37,005 bases of DNA from Bradymonadales bacterium (GTDB taxonomy: Bacteria; Bdellovibrionota; UBA2394), in contig REDG01000060.1 in NCBI GenBank assembly GCA_007693605.1, positions 1-37,005 of the forward strand, given 5' to 3'. Position numbers and translations under genes: made by a program. Every line of letters begins with the position of its first letter. The stretch's first letter is position 1. The notes below the pieces were generated by a model. That model made no database searches, was not told where the DNA came from, and worked only from the letters and a program-made list of their open reading frames with translations. Positions 17,322-26,696 of this stretch are shown piece after piece.

Positions 17322-18743
17322 TTAATTTTCTCCTCGACTCTCTTTGGAGTCTCGATTTTCCCAGACACTAGGATCAAATGCTTCCTCTCTCAAGGAGAAT
17401 TTCAGCGCCCGCTCCTCTTGAGCAAAGAGAAGCTCCTGGTGAGTTGGAAAAATTCGGATCGCGTACACCATGGCAGGCTGACTCTCTCTCTCAATCTCAA
17501 ACCACCAATCGTAGTTTTCTTTTACAGGGCTTGATTCGACAGACATGAAGTGCTCGGCAGTTAAATTTCTGAGCTGTCTCAGGCCCGCCAAGATGTCCCG
17601 TGTTGAGAGAGCTTCAAGCTCTTTTCCAGCTTGAGTCCAAACGCCCGCTTCGGATCGTTCTAGACTCCACAGTCTCTCTCCAAAGTTCTTCACTTCTAAA
17701 CCTAGAACCTGATCTTCTGAAAACTCGTCGAAGCTTCGCTTCACATAAGCGCCAAGTCCCTTAGAAAAGTTATCGTAGTGAAACCTTGCAATAGACGCCG
17801 GCGCTGACTTGTCAGACTTTCCGAAATATTCGTAGTCATCGGGCTCAGAGCTGCGCCGACCAGGTCTCTTTTGTCTGGTGATTGAAAACTCGACGCCCTG
17901 AAACAAAGGATCGCTTTCGTCGGTTCGTCGATCGACGACCCCCTCTCGAAAGCCTACTCGAATTCGAATCTCAGGATCATCGAACAGGCGCTTTGGGACC
18001 TCTCTAAACTCGGTCGCTCGAATGAGTGCAATTCGGCTGATCTGGTTGGCCACAAAGTCTTGATCGAGAGGAAGCTCCGGGTGAGAGGACCATCTCCAGC
18101 CCTTCAAATCATCTCGGACAAATCTCAGCTCTGACTGGCCCTTCACTTGAATGCGAACCTCCTCAAAGTCTTCAGCCGAAACGGTGGTGAGTCGAGTCTC
18201 GCGATAATCCTCTGCATCAAAGCCGGCGGCAAACTCAAGCTCTAGAGATCCCAGATAGAGGTTCTGAGTCTTCGGATTTAGAACAAAAGCGAAATTTCCT
18301 GCGGGGTTTCGATTGCCGATCCAAAACTCTTCCGCATCGAGATTCCCTGATAAGAAGGCTCTGATTTTGAGGCGAGGAGATTCCAAGCCGAAATCATCCA
18401 GACCCGAAGATCGAGACTCGATGGCCTCCGCATCGAGCAGCTTTTGCTTAATTCTAAAATCCGCGACCGCTTGTAAAAGCTGATCCATCGCCGATTGAGA
18501 GCCAAGGTCTTGAATGGGTTCGCGAAGAAACCAGCCCTGGGGGGCGCGCTCCAGGACGATCTGCTCGCCTCGGCTTTGAGTCATCTCAAGGCGGGAATAG
18601 AAGCGGGGGTCCTCTTGAAAGAAAGGCTCAGCATCTGAGTCTCCGCTGCGCGACTTTTCAATCTTTGGAATCGCAGAAAAGTGAATATAGAGCCCAAAGC
18701 CAAGGGCAGCGACAACGAGAAAGAGAAGGCTAGAGAGTTTCAC
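17322..18743 (-). CDS. DUF4340 domain membrane-anchored protein
   Basis: N-terminal TM anchor; W.L.EP, DDFGLESP and IGNRNP motifs. The GTG start at 18743 overlaps the previous stop (GTGA). Typical position after a GldG-like gene. Confidence 0.8.
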   Translation of the reverse strand: MKLSSLLFLVVAALGFGLYIHFSAIPKIEKSRSGDSDAEPFFQEDPRFYSRLEMTQSRGEQIVLERAPQGWFLREPIQDLGSQSAMDQLLQAVADFRIKQKLLDAEAIESRSSGLDDFGLESPRLKIRAFLSGNLDAEEFWIGNRNPAGNFAFVLNPKTQNLYLGSLELEFAAGFDAEDYRETRLTTVSAEDFEEVRIQVKGQSELRFVRDDLKGWRWSSHPELPLDQDFVANQISRIALIRATEFREVPKRLFDDPEIRIRVGFREGVVDRRTDESDPLFQGVEFSITRQKRPGRRSSEPDDYEYFGKSDKSAPASIARFHYDNFSKGLGAYVKRSFDEFSEDQVLGLEVKNFGERLWSLERSEAGVWTQAGKELEALSTRDILAGLRQLRNLTAEHFMSVESSPVKENYDWWFEIERESQPAMVYAIRIFPTHQELLFAQEERALKFSLREEAFDPSVWENRDSKESRGEN

Positions 18744-20320
18744 TGACGACTCCGCCGAAAAGTCCAAACTCCCAAGCCGAACAGCATAATCAGTTGAGGA
18801 AACAAAAAGATGCTGGCAAAAAAGACGCCCATTCGTTGGGAATCTGTAAGATCCAAGGTTGAAGACTGAAAACTGCGAGGTCGAATGAATTGAGCCTGAT
18901 CCCTTTCAGTCAGGTAATCGACCGCCCCTAAAAAAAGCTCACGGTTAAAACCGCTCTGAATCTCAGAGTTTTGTACAAAGTTGGGATTGGCGAAAAGAAT
19001 GAGACGAGACTCCTCTTGGTTTTCCCGTCGACGAACAATGAGTCGAGCCAAGGAGAAAGGCCCGCTCTCTTCATCGAGTCGAGGGCTTCTACTCTCCAGC
19101 AGTCCAGACACATCTGAGCTGAGTCGAGTCTGTTCATTGGTCGAAACCAAAGAAACGGACTGGAGTTCATCGCTTTCGCTTTCAAACAGGATGGGCAAGG
19201 CGAATCGAAACTGAAACATTGCATTCGGCTCATCGGCAAAGGCATCCGTGATGGGATGCGAGGCCAAATCAACCCCGAAGGCTTGCCAAATGAAAGAGCT
19301 GGTACGAGCCTGCCGAGCCGCGATTTCTTGAACCACAAAGCGCGAGGGTGCTGACACCCCAAACTCAGACAAAAGCCTCTCGAGGCCCGTCGGACTCAGC
19401 TCCCTTAGATTCGGATTGTAGATAGGACTCAAGCCGATCACCAAATCTCCCCCGGCCTCCAGATAACTGAGTAATACTTCTTCGTAAAATGGGGGCAGGC
19501 TGCGACTCGGACCCCACAGCACGACCGCGTCGGCATCTTCGGGAATCTCTGTGCCTAGACTGAGGGCGAGGGGGCGAACCTGATAGCCCTCTCTTTCCAT
19601 TAAAATCTTTAAAATCAGAAGGCCGGTGGCTCCCTGACTCTCTAGTTCTGACTCTCCACTGCCTTGCAAAAAGTAGACAGTTGGAGTGGTCCCTGCCGCG
19701 ACCCGATAGATCGCCATCGTCAAACCCTGTTCGCTAAGCTGATCGGCTGACAAAACGCTACTGCTCTCTCGAGAGGGGTTGTAGACCAGAACTTGATTTT
19801 CAGAGACCTGGAATCGCTCCAGAAGTGGGGGATCGAGATTCGGGTCAACTTCTCGAAAAGAGATTTGGGTCGATTCATAAGTGTAGCGGTCTACCAGCCG
19901 CTTCGCATGTTGGCGGACCTGGGGGTGAACCACGAAGCTCATAATCTGAATAGGCTCCTCTAGTTGGCGAAGAATCTGTTTTGTCTCGACCGAGAGGGAG
20001 TGGATTTTGTTCGCCGTCATATCGAACCGCCTCTCTCCGAAATTCGAATGAGCAACCACATTGAGACCAATCACACAGAATACGAAAAGAGCCCCTCCAA
20101 TGGCCGCGTAAAGTCTTTCTCGATTGCTTGCGACCGCTTTAAGGCTGTCTTTGTAGAAGCTGCCCAAGTAGATCGCCATCATGGCGACTCCGAGAAAGAG
20201 CTGGGCGTAGGCGATCCATAGAAAAAAGCCTTCAATGGCGATGAGCCGGGCAATAAAGCCAAAAATAAAAAATACGAGTCCGAAACTTCCACATGCTCTG
20301 ATCAGAATGGCCTTCATCAT
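18740..20320 (-). CDS. GldG-family ABC-transporter auxiliary protein
   Basis: RFDMTANKIHSLSVETKQIL, VDP, VYFLQGSGE and a C-terminal TM helix. Start set to ATG 20320, preceded by AGGAGG. Confidence 0.88.
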   Translation of the reverse strand: MMKAILIRACGSFGLVFFIFGFIARLIAIEGFFLWIAYAQLFLGVAMMAIYLGSFYKDSLKAVASNRERLYAAIGGALFVFCVIGLNVVAHSNFGERRFDMTANKIHSLSVETKQILRQLEEPIQIMSFVVHPQVRQHAKRLVDRYTYESTQISFREVDPNLDPPLLERFQVSENQVLVYNPSRESSSVLSADQLSEQGLTMAIYRVAAGTTPTVYFLQGSGESELESQGATGLLILKILMEREGYQVRPLALSLGTEIPEDADAVVLWGPSRSLPPFYEEVLLSYLEAGGDLVIGLSPIYNPNLRELSPTGLERLLSEFGVSAPSRFVVQEIAARQARTSSFIWQAFGVDLASHPITDAFADEPNAMFQFRFALPILFESESDELQSVSLVSTNEQTRLSSDVSGLLESRSPRLDEESGPFSLARLIVRRRENQEESRLILFANPNFVQNSEIQSGFNRELFLGAVDYLTERDQAQFIRPRSFQSSTLDLTDSQRMGVFFASIFLFPQLIMLFGLGVWTFRRSRQ

Positions 20321-20327
20321 TTTCCTC

Positions 20328-21122
20328 CTAAGCCCTCGAAAGCGACCGAATGGAAATTTGGGTGGCTCCCAGAAACAAAACAATCAAACTAACAAAATAG
20401 ACACAACTAGAGACTTGAATAACCCCCTGATTGAACTCAGTGAAATGAGAATGAAAACTGGCAGCCTCAATAAATCGTCCTAGATTTTGTGGGACATGTG
20501 GGCCCAGGCTGCCAATCATGATGATACTCAGATTGATGCCGCCAGCGATGAAGATGGCGACGATCGCAGACTTGGTAAGGGAGCTGGCAAAAATTCCAAT
20601 CGCAAAAAAGGAGAGCCCTGCAAGATAGAGCCCAAGATAAGCGGAGACCACCGCTCTCCACTCTGGGTTGCCGTAAAAGAACATCACAAACAAAAAGATC
20701 AAGTGGGTTGCCAAGACTAAGAGCAAGAAGACCTTGGCCGCAGCAAACTTTCCCAAAATGATTTGCCACGAAGAGACAGGAGAGGTGAGCAAAAGTTCAT
20801 AGGTCGATTGAGCCTTTTCGTCTGAGAAAAATCGCATGGTCAAAATGGGAGCTGCCAAGAACAAAAGGAAGAAGGAGTAGCCCGTCATGCCCAAGATCAC
20901 CATTTCGTTCAGATTGACTCGATTCAAAACATCAGGGTTTTGAGCCAATCGAGCTTGAGTCTCGGCCACCATCAGCATCTGATCAAAGCTCAACAAACTG
21001 GTGACGAACTGATAGCCAAACAGCAGAGCCATCACGCCTAAAACCACATAGCTCACGGGAGAGACCAACAGACTGTAAAGTTCTCGTTTCATTAAAACCC
21101 AAACTTTTGCCATTGAAATCAA
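20328..21122 (-). CDS. ABC-2 type permease (GldF-like)
   Basis: KRELYSLLVSPVSY, PILTMRFFSDEK..TYELLLTSPV..IILGKF and multiple TM helices. Confidence 0.92.
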   Translation of the reverse strand: MISMAKVWVLMKRELYSLLVSPVSYVVLGVMALLFGYQFVTSLLSFDQMLMVAETQARLAQNPDVLNRVNLNEMVILGMTGYSFFLLFLAAPILTMRFFSDEKAQSTYELLLTSPVSSWQIILGKFAAAKVFLLLVLATHLIFLFVMFFYGNPEWRAVVSAYLGLYLAGLSFFAIGIFASSLTKSAIVAIFIAGGINLSIIMIGSLGPHVPQNLGRFIEAASFHSHFTEFNQGVIQVSSCVYFVSLIVLFLGATQISIRSLSRA

Positions 21123-21152
21123 AGTCTCCTTTCTTGTGTTCTTGTCAAATCG

Positions 21153-21914
21153 CTAGGCCACGGAGGGAATGTTCCGAAGCTCGTTTCCAGAATGGTCTTT
21201 CGCAACGACTTCGACAAAGAGTTCCTCTAAAGATTTCTTTTCACTGATGTCTCCCAATTGCCGATCACCGACCAACTTTCCCATAGAGATGATGAGCGCT
21301 CGGTCGCAAACCGCGGTGACCTCTGAGAGAGTGTGCGTGGAAAGCAAAATGGTTCTCTCCCCTCGAAAGCTAGAGATCAGATCGCGAATCTCTCGAATCT
21401 GAATGGGGTCCAATCCGACCGTGGGTTCGTCCAGAATGATCACGGGGGGTTGATGAATAATCGCCTGAGCGATTCCCACTCGTTGTCGGTAGCCCTTACT
21501 GAGCGTTGAAATGATACTGCGTCGTCGGTGAGTCAGGCCGCACTTCTCCATCGCCCATTCGACTGCTTCTCTTCGACTTCCGCGGCTCAGAGCCTTGTCT
21601 CCCGCAGTTTTTAAGTCAAAAACAAACTTCAGGTAAGCTTCAACACTCATCTCTTTATAGAGGGGAGGCGTTTCTGGCAGGTAGCCGATTCTCTTTTTGA
21701 CTTCCTCTGGCTGGTGAAGAACCGACTGGCCATCGACAAAGGCTTCCCCAGAACTGGGCGGGTAGAAAGCGGTCAAAATTCTCATCGTGGTGGTTTTGCC
21801 AGCGCCATTCGGGCCCAAGAACCCCACAACCTCTCCCTTTGCCACTTCAAAGCTCAAGCCATGGAGCGCGCGGTGTAACCCGTAAGACTTCTCAAGGTTT
21901 TTAGCTTGAATCAT
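21153..21914 (-). CDS. ABC transporter ATP-binding protein (GldA-like)
   Basis: Walker A GPNGAGKTT, signature LSKGYRQR, Walker B ILDEPT. Confidence 0.95.
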   Translation of the reverse strand: MIQAKNLEKSYGLHRALHGLSFEVAKGEVVGFLGPNGAGKTTTMRILTAFYPPSSGEAFVDGQSVLHQPEEVKKRIGYLPETPPLYKEMSVEAYLKFVFDLKTAGDKALSRGSRREAVEWAMEKCGLTHRRRSIISTLSKGYRQRVGIAQAIIHQPPVIILDEPTVGLDPIQIREIRDLISSFRGERTILLSTHTLSEVTAVCDRALIISMGKLVGDRQLGDISEKKSLEELFVEVVAKDHSGNELRNIPSVA

Positions 21915-21995
21915 TAGACAACGGCCTCCATATCCACCGTTTTAACGAATTCAAAGAGACTTGAAAAGCATTCTCAAAGCCTGCGTGTCTTCTTA

Positions 21996-23324
21996 TTATC
22001 TTGAGGGCAGAACTTGCAAAAGGGCCAGCTTCTTTTCGAGGAGCGAAGGGGGAACCCCCAGCTTCTGACTGGCCTTCAGGAGATCGCCGCCTGAGCTCTG
22101 CAGGGCCTCTTCGATGGCGACCTTTTCAAGTCCCTGAACTTTCGATTCCAAAACATCCCGACTGGATCGCTCCTGTCGAAGCTCAGCGGCTTGAGTCGTC
22201 TTCAAATGGGGGGGGAGGTGATCCACCTTGATCACCGGGCCGTCGCTCACATTCACCGCGAACTCCAAACAGTTCTCTAGCTCTCGAAGGTTGCCGGGCC
22301 AGGGGTACTGAATCAACAAGAACAAGGCGTCGTCGTCCATATGACTCAGCCTCTTCTGAAACTTCTTTGAGAAGACCTGAATAAAGTGGTCGACCAGAGG
22401 CTCAATATCTTGAGTTCTATCTCTTAGGGGCGGTAGATGAATGGGAACCACATTTAAACAATAGAAGAGATCTTTTCGAAACTCCCCCCGTTCAATCTTG
22501 TCCAGAAGGTTGTAGTCGGTGGCAGCGATAATCCGGCAGTCGACGGCCGCAGGGCCTGAAGGGGAATTGTACTTGCCAGAAGTCAATGCCTCATGCAGCT
22601 CAGCCTGAGTCTGAAGACTTAAGAGGCTCACTTCGTCGATGTAGAGGCTGCCACCCGCCGCCAAATCGAAGCAGCCAGGCCTTTTGCTTTCGCCAAACAA
22701 ATGAGCGGATTGCTGCTCACCGCTTGTGGATGAAATATAGGCTCTGACCATTGGCTGGTCTTTTCGGATACTCTTGTCATGCAAAAGCCGCACCACAACC
22801 TCTTTTCCTGTGCCTGTCTCTCCTGTAATCAAGATATTCGAATTGTTGTTAGCGACTCGCTCGATGATCCCATAAACTTTTTCAACCTCTGAAGTGCTTC
22901 CGATGATCTTGTCTTCTTGACGAAGAAAGCTTCTCGACCGCTGAAACTCTTTCGAAAGTTCTTCGGCCGATCGCACTGCCCGATCGATGATTTCTAGAAA
23001 CTCTTCCGGTTGAAAGGGCTTGGTCACATAATCAAAAGCCCCCCGTTTCATCGCTTCGACAGCCGTGTCGATGGTTCCATGAGCGGTGATCATCACGACG
23101 GGAATTTGAGGATAGTTCTTTCGAATGCGCTGCAAGAGTTCAAGCCCATCCATTTTGGGCATCTTGAGATCGGTGATCACCGTCTGAAAGGCTTGCTCCT
23201 TCAGAAAGTCGAGCGCTTCTGGTCCGTCAGGGGCTTCGACAGTCTCATGGCCCAGCCGCCGAAGCTGAATGCCAAGAATCTTTCGAACATTCTCTTCATC
23301 GTCTACAATCAGAATTTTAGCCAC
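21996..23324 (-). CDS. NtrC-family response regulator (REC-AAA+-Fis HTH) with a degenerate sigma54-interaction loop
   Basis: REC (IVDDE, TDLKMP, MITAHG, KPF), Walker A GETGTGKE, YIDEV, FRKDLFY, WPGNLREL. No GAFTGA motif. Confidence 0.92.
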   Translation of the reverse strand: MAKILIVDDEENVRKILGIQLRRLGHETVEAPDGPEALDFLKEQAFQTVITDLKMPKMDGLELLQRIRKNYPQIPVVMITAHGTIDTAVEAMKRGAFDYVTKPFQPEEFLEIIDRAVRSAEELSKEFQRSRSFLRQEDKIIGSTSEVEKVYGIIERVANNNSNILITGETGTGKEVVVRLLHDKSIRKDQPMVRAYISSTSGEQQSAHLFGESKRPGCFDLAAGGSLYIDEVSLLSLQTQAELHEALTSGKYNSPSGPAAVDCRIIAATDYNLLDKIERGEFRKDLFYCLNVVPIHLPPLRDRTQDIEPLVDHFIQVFSKKFQKRLSHMDDDALFLLIQYPWPGNLRELENCLEFAVNVSDGPVIKVDHLPPHLKTTQAAELRQERSSRDVLESKVQGLEKVAIEEALQSSGGDLLKASQKLGVPPSLLEKKLALLQVLPSR

Positions 23325-25431
23325 TCTTTGTCTCCTCGGGTTCCGCTGGCCCTTTGTTCACTAGTCTTTTCATCTCGATCCAAAATCGAGAGCCTTTCCC
23401 GACTTGGCTTTCTACAAAAATACGCCCTCCCAGGGAATCAATAATTTTCTTACAGATCGGAAGCCCCAAACCGCTGCCTGCGCTCTTTGTAGTGAAAAGG
23501 GGTGTGAAGATATTGGGGAGGACGCTTGCAGGAATTCCGGGCCCATCGTCTCTGATTGAGATCTGTAGCATATCCGGATCGCTCGGGCTTGAGCTCACTT
23601 CCACCGAAATGTGCTTACTGAAAGCTTCACAGGCATTGATTATTAAGTTGATCAAAACTTGTTCGAGTTTGAGGGGGTCCGTTTTCACAAAGAAGTCTTC
23701 GCTAGGAGGCTCCCAATGGATCTCGGTCTGTGTTTTTTGGGCCTTCGGTTTGACGGTGATCATCGACTTTTCGATCAAGACTCTCAGGTTGACCGGAACT
23801 TTGGTTTCTGACTTTCTTGCAAAGCGAAGGTATTGGTCTACCGTCGATTGAAGTCGCTCGATTTCAGCACTCAGAATTTGGATGCACTCTCGATCTTCTG
23901 AACTTTCAATGCTGGGGGAGCTGGCCAGAAGATGGGTGGCCCCCTGGATGGCTCCGAGCGGGTTTCGAATTTCGTGAGCCAGCGCGGCAGACATTTCGCC
24001 CAAGGCGGCAAATCTCTGCTGCTGGTCTTGCTTTTCGAAGTGCTTAAGTTGAGAGAGCACAATACTAATCTCATGAACGAGCCCCCAGAAGAGAGCGATT
24101 TCGGATTGGGAAAAGCTGGTGTAAGGATTACTCGCAGAAAGGGAAGTTCTTAAAAGCAAGAACCCCATCAGCTCCTTGTCGTAGTAGAGAGGAAAGCCGA
24201 GGTGAGATCGCAGCTCCTTTAAGATGTGATGAGCGTCTGGGCTGTCAGACTCCTGAAGGTGCTGCTCCGGATGCTTTCTAAAGAACTCGGCCGCAGGATG
24301 GTCGCTGGCCACAGTGGCGGCAGAGCCTAGATTGCTCTTTCCCAGAAGCCTAAAACGGCCGCTGCTTCCCTCTAGCAGATACAGCCCACAGCGGTAAACT
24401 CGGTTTGACTTTCTGAGGCCCGAGACGACCTGTGAGCTGAGGGCGGCAGTGGATCGCGATGATCTAATTTTTCTTCGCGTATCAGTGATCACTCTCTCAA
24501 GTTCGTTTCGATCGAGGATGAAGCGCCTCATGATATAAGAGTCAAGTTGATCACGAATCGGTTCTAAGACATTTAAAATGATGAAGGCCGCCAAAAAGGT
24601 GTTGAAGAGGAAGAGCTCCGGATCGTTGTCTCCCACCCACACCAATAGAGACAAGAAAATCGTGCCTAGAACGACGGTTAAAAGCACGACGCGAATTCCA
24701 CCCAGCATCAGCTCTCGAACTTCTCGCAGTCTTGGGTTCATCAGCATCTGCCAAACAAAGTAAAGAAAGACGGCAGAAATGGTGCTTCCCACATAGGGCA
24801 GGGGAATCGGGCTCAAGCCTTCTGCTCGAATCTGGCCGATGAAGGTGAAGAAGAGTGAGAGGCTAAGGCCCAAGCTTAGAAACAGACCGCGAGTTTTTTG
24901 ATAGGGGTCTTTGGCTCGTAGGTACTTTTTCCAAAGTCTCCAATTGATCCAACTAAAAAGTGCAAATGAAACGAGACCGTAAATGCTAGTGATCAGGGCC
25001 GGAGCAACGGGAAGGGGGATGAAAAGGATCAACAGGGCGAGACTGCCCGTCCAAAAATGAAGGCTGTTGGGCAGAAAATAACGAATTTGATAAATTCTTC
25101 GAATCAAGCCGTGGGCCACAGACGGCAAGAGAACACCAAGCGCCAAATAGAGACGATAGGTGAACTGAGTGCTGATGCTGGTGTTCCAAATCTCCAAGTC
25201 TCTCTGCGCGTATGAAGACAGAAAGAAAATATTCCAAAGTGCAAAGAGAAGCGCGAAGGCGCCGCAGTAGGCGAGGCTGGAATTTTTTCGAACCCATGCC
25301 GCGCGAAACGAAAAAATAGCGATCCACAGTCCCGCTAAAAAAGACACGAGACAGGCTTGCACAACGACTAGCGAAGTTTCCTGAACCATCCGATAGTACT
25401 CGGGCGTTAAAAAAGCGGGGAGATTCAACAT
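23317..25431 (-). CDS. membrane sensor histidine kinase (multi-TM, GAF-like, HisKA, HATPase)
   Basis: Many N-terminal TM helices; H-box LAHEIRNPL, N-box NLIINA, DDGPGI, FTPLFTTK, GSGLGL. Confidence 0.93.
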   Translation of the reverse strand: MLNLPAFLTPEYYRMVQETSLVVVQACLVSFLAGLWIAIFSFRAAWVRKNSSLAYCGAFALLFALWNIFFLSSYAQRDLEIWNTSISTQFTYRLYLALGVLLPSVAHGLIRRIYQIRYFLPNSLHFWTGSLALLILFIPLPVAPALITSIYGLVSFALFSWINWRLWKKYLRAKDPYQKTRGLFLSLGLSLSLFFTFIGQIRAEGLSPIPLPYVGSTISAVFLYFVWQMLMNPRLREVRELMLGGIRVVLLTVVLGTIFLSLLVWVGDNDPELFLFNTFLAAFIILNVLEPIRDQLDSYIMRRFILDRNELERVITDTRRKIRSSRSTAALSSQVVSGLRKSNRVYRCGLYLLEGSSGRFRLLGKSNLGSAATVASDHPAAEFFRKHPEQHLQESDSPDAHHILKELRSHLGFPLYYDKELMGFLLLRTSLSASNPYTSFSQSEIALFWGLVHEISIVLSQLKHFEKQDQQQRFAALGEMSAALAHEIRNPLGAIQGATHLLASSPSIESSEDRECIQILSAEIERLQSTVDQYLRFARKSETKVPVNLRVLIEKSMITVKPKAQKTQTEIHWEPPSEDFFVKTDPLKLEQVLINLIINACEAFSKHISVEVSSSPSDPDMLQISIRDDGPGIPASVLPNIFTPLFTTKSAGSGLGLPICKKIIDSLGGRIFVESQVGKGSRFWIEMKRLVNKGPAEPEETKSG

Positions 25432-25527
25432 GAGACTTCATTTCAATCGATTTTTGCAAGGCTCGGCAATGGCTTTCACGGATCAATCGAGTACTTTTGG
25501 GAAAAGCTCTGGACGATCTCGTCTGAA

Positions 25528-26232
25528 ATGATTCAGATAGGGCAGGTGATCGAGGCTGTGAAGGAAAAGCCGGACTGTTTTTACAAAGAACGAGGCGCCT
25601 ATCATTGGGCAAGGCGCTTGGCCCATATGCTCTGTGGTCTGATGGTGATTGGACTGTCTTTTAGCGTAAGCTCTCACCAGCAGTTTGTCACAGGTCTTGT
25701 GATTTTTAGCGCGGCGATTCTGATTGGAGATTTGCTTCGCATTCGGATGCCTCAACTCAACGAGCGCCTGATGTCTGCGTTGAAGCTCTTCGTTCGTGAA
25801 GGGGAACAAGACCGGCTCAGCGGAATGCCTTACTATTGGTGGGGAATCAGCCTCTCTTATCTGCTTTTCCCCCTGCCTATTGCGAATTTCGCCGTTTTGT
25901 TTCTGTCTATTGGCGATCCGGCTGCGGCTTTGGTCGGAAGCCAGAGCCTTTGCAAGGGCAAAACCATCCCCTTAGTCGAGGGAAAGAGCTTGCAGGGGAG
26001 TCTGGCCGCTCTGATCGCTTGTGCTGTCGCAAGCTTTCTCGTGCTTCCTATCTGGCTGGACTCGGCAGCGCTTGGAATGTCCGAACGGATCTTGTTGAGT
26101 TTCGTTTGTGGACTCGCTGCCAGTTTAGGAGAAATTCTCCCCCTTCGAACCGACGACAACCTGAGCCTTCCCTTAGTGTCGGGTGCTATTTTGTGGGTTT
26201 ATCTGGCTATGAGTGGCTACTTCCTACTCTGA
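25528..26232 (+). CDS. CTP-dependent polyprenol/diacylglycerol kinase family (SEC59/DGK1/VTE5-like)
   Basis: RRLAH, GDPAAALVG, GKSLQGS and DDNLSLP motifs; multi-TM. Confidence 0.85.
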   Translation: MIQIGQVIEAVKEKPDCFYKERGAYHWARRLAHMLCGLMVIGLSFSVSSHQQFVTGLVIFSAAILIGDLLRIRMPQLNERLMSALKLFVREGEQDRLSGMPYYWWGISLSYLLFPLPIANFAVLFLSIGDPAAALVGSQSLCKGKTIPLVEGKSLQGSLAALIACAVASFLVLPIWLDSAALGMSERILLSFVCGLAASLGEILPLRTDDNLSLPLVSGAILWVYLAMSGYFLL

Positions 26233-26624
26233 GGGGACTGTCGCTAAGGGCCCACCTGCTTCGGCGGCTGCGTCGCTGCGCTGCTCAAGTAGCATCAAAA
26301 CTACATTCCGCTGCTCGCTCCCAGTGGCCCAACCGGTAAATTTTTTCATGTTGTGAATCAAGCTTTTGCTTCGAATCAAGGCGCGAGGGTGGGATCAGGT
26401 TGAGTACCTATGCCATCCCGAGCAACGCTGAGTCGGGGCAAAAGCTTGATTCCCTTCGGGCTGGGCCCTTTTGAGCCGCTGCGGCGTTGTCGCTCGTTGC
26501 ATATGTCCAATATGCGCCTCGCTGCCGCCTTGCATCGCCTCAAACTGGCCTCAGCACAACACGGAAACAATTTACCGGTTGGGCCACTAACCTTCTCGCA
26601 TTTGGACCCTTATCGCCAGTCCCC
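26233..26624. repeat. nested palindromic (REP/MITE-like) composite element
   Basis: Outer imperfect IR 26233-26259 / 26598-26624 (22 of 27 matches). Inner perfect 20-bp IR 26323-26342 / 26569-26588. Inside that, a perfect 15-bp IR 26355-26369 / 26438-26452, a CCC-TTC-GGG mini hairpin, and a further imperfect hairpin 26461-26554. Confidence 0.9.
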
Positions 26625-26629
26625 ATGAA

Positions 26630-26666
26630 TCGCTAAGGGCCCACCTGCTTCGGCGGCTGCGTCGCT
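26630..26666 (+). repeat. exact 37-bp direct repeat of 26241-26277
   Basis: TCGCTAAGGGCCCACCTGCTTCGGCGGCTGCGTCGCT occurs at both positions. Confidence 0.95.
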
Positions 26667-26696
26667 CTAGTCTGGCACTTTTGTCTCCCGACCCTA
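26667..26696 (-). repeat. 30-bp motif, inverted copy of 28894-28923; supplies the HNH stop codon
   Basis: Reverse complement TAGGGTCGGGAGACAAAAGTGCCAGACTAG versus TAGGGTCGGGAGACGGAAGTGCCAGACTAG (28 of 30 identical). Confidence 0.93.

Noticed and set aside
24986..25809. ORFs 24986-25612 (208 aa) and 25483-25809
   Set aside because: Alternate-frame or antisense shadows of the histidine kinase and lipid kinase genes, with no recognisable motifs.
25836..26628. ORFs 25836-26339, 26376-26570 and 26410-26628
   Set aside because: They overlap the kinase gene or lie within palindromic repeat DNA, are Arg/Ala/Leu-rich and show no motifs.
26241..26666. Two exact 37-bp direct repeats as a mini CRISPR array beside an HNH gene
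   Set aside because: Only two copies, about 350 bp apart, with palindromic repeat DNA between them and no cas genes. A third copy is inverted and 2.5 kb away.
26673..26687. TGGCAC in the 30-bp repeat as a sigma54 promoter
   Set aside because: The -12 position reads TC rather than GC, and it points into the 3' end of a gene.
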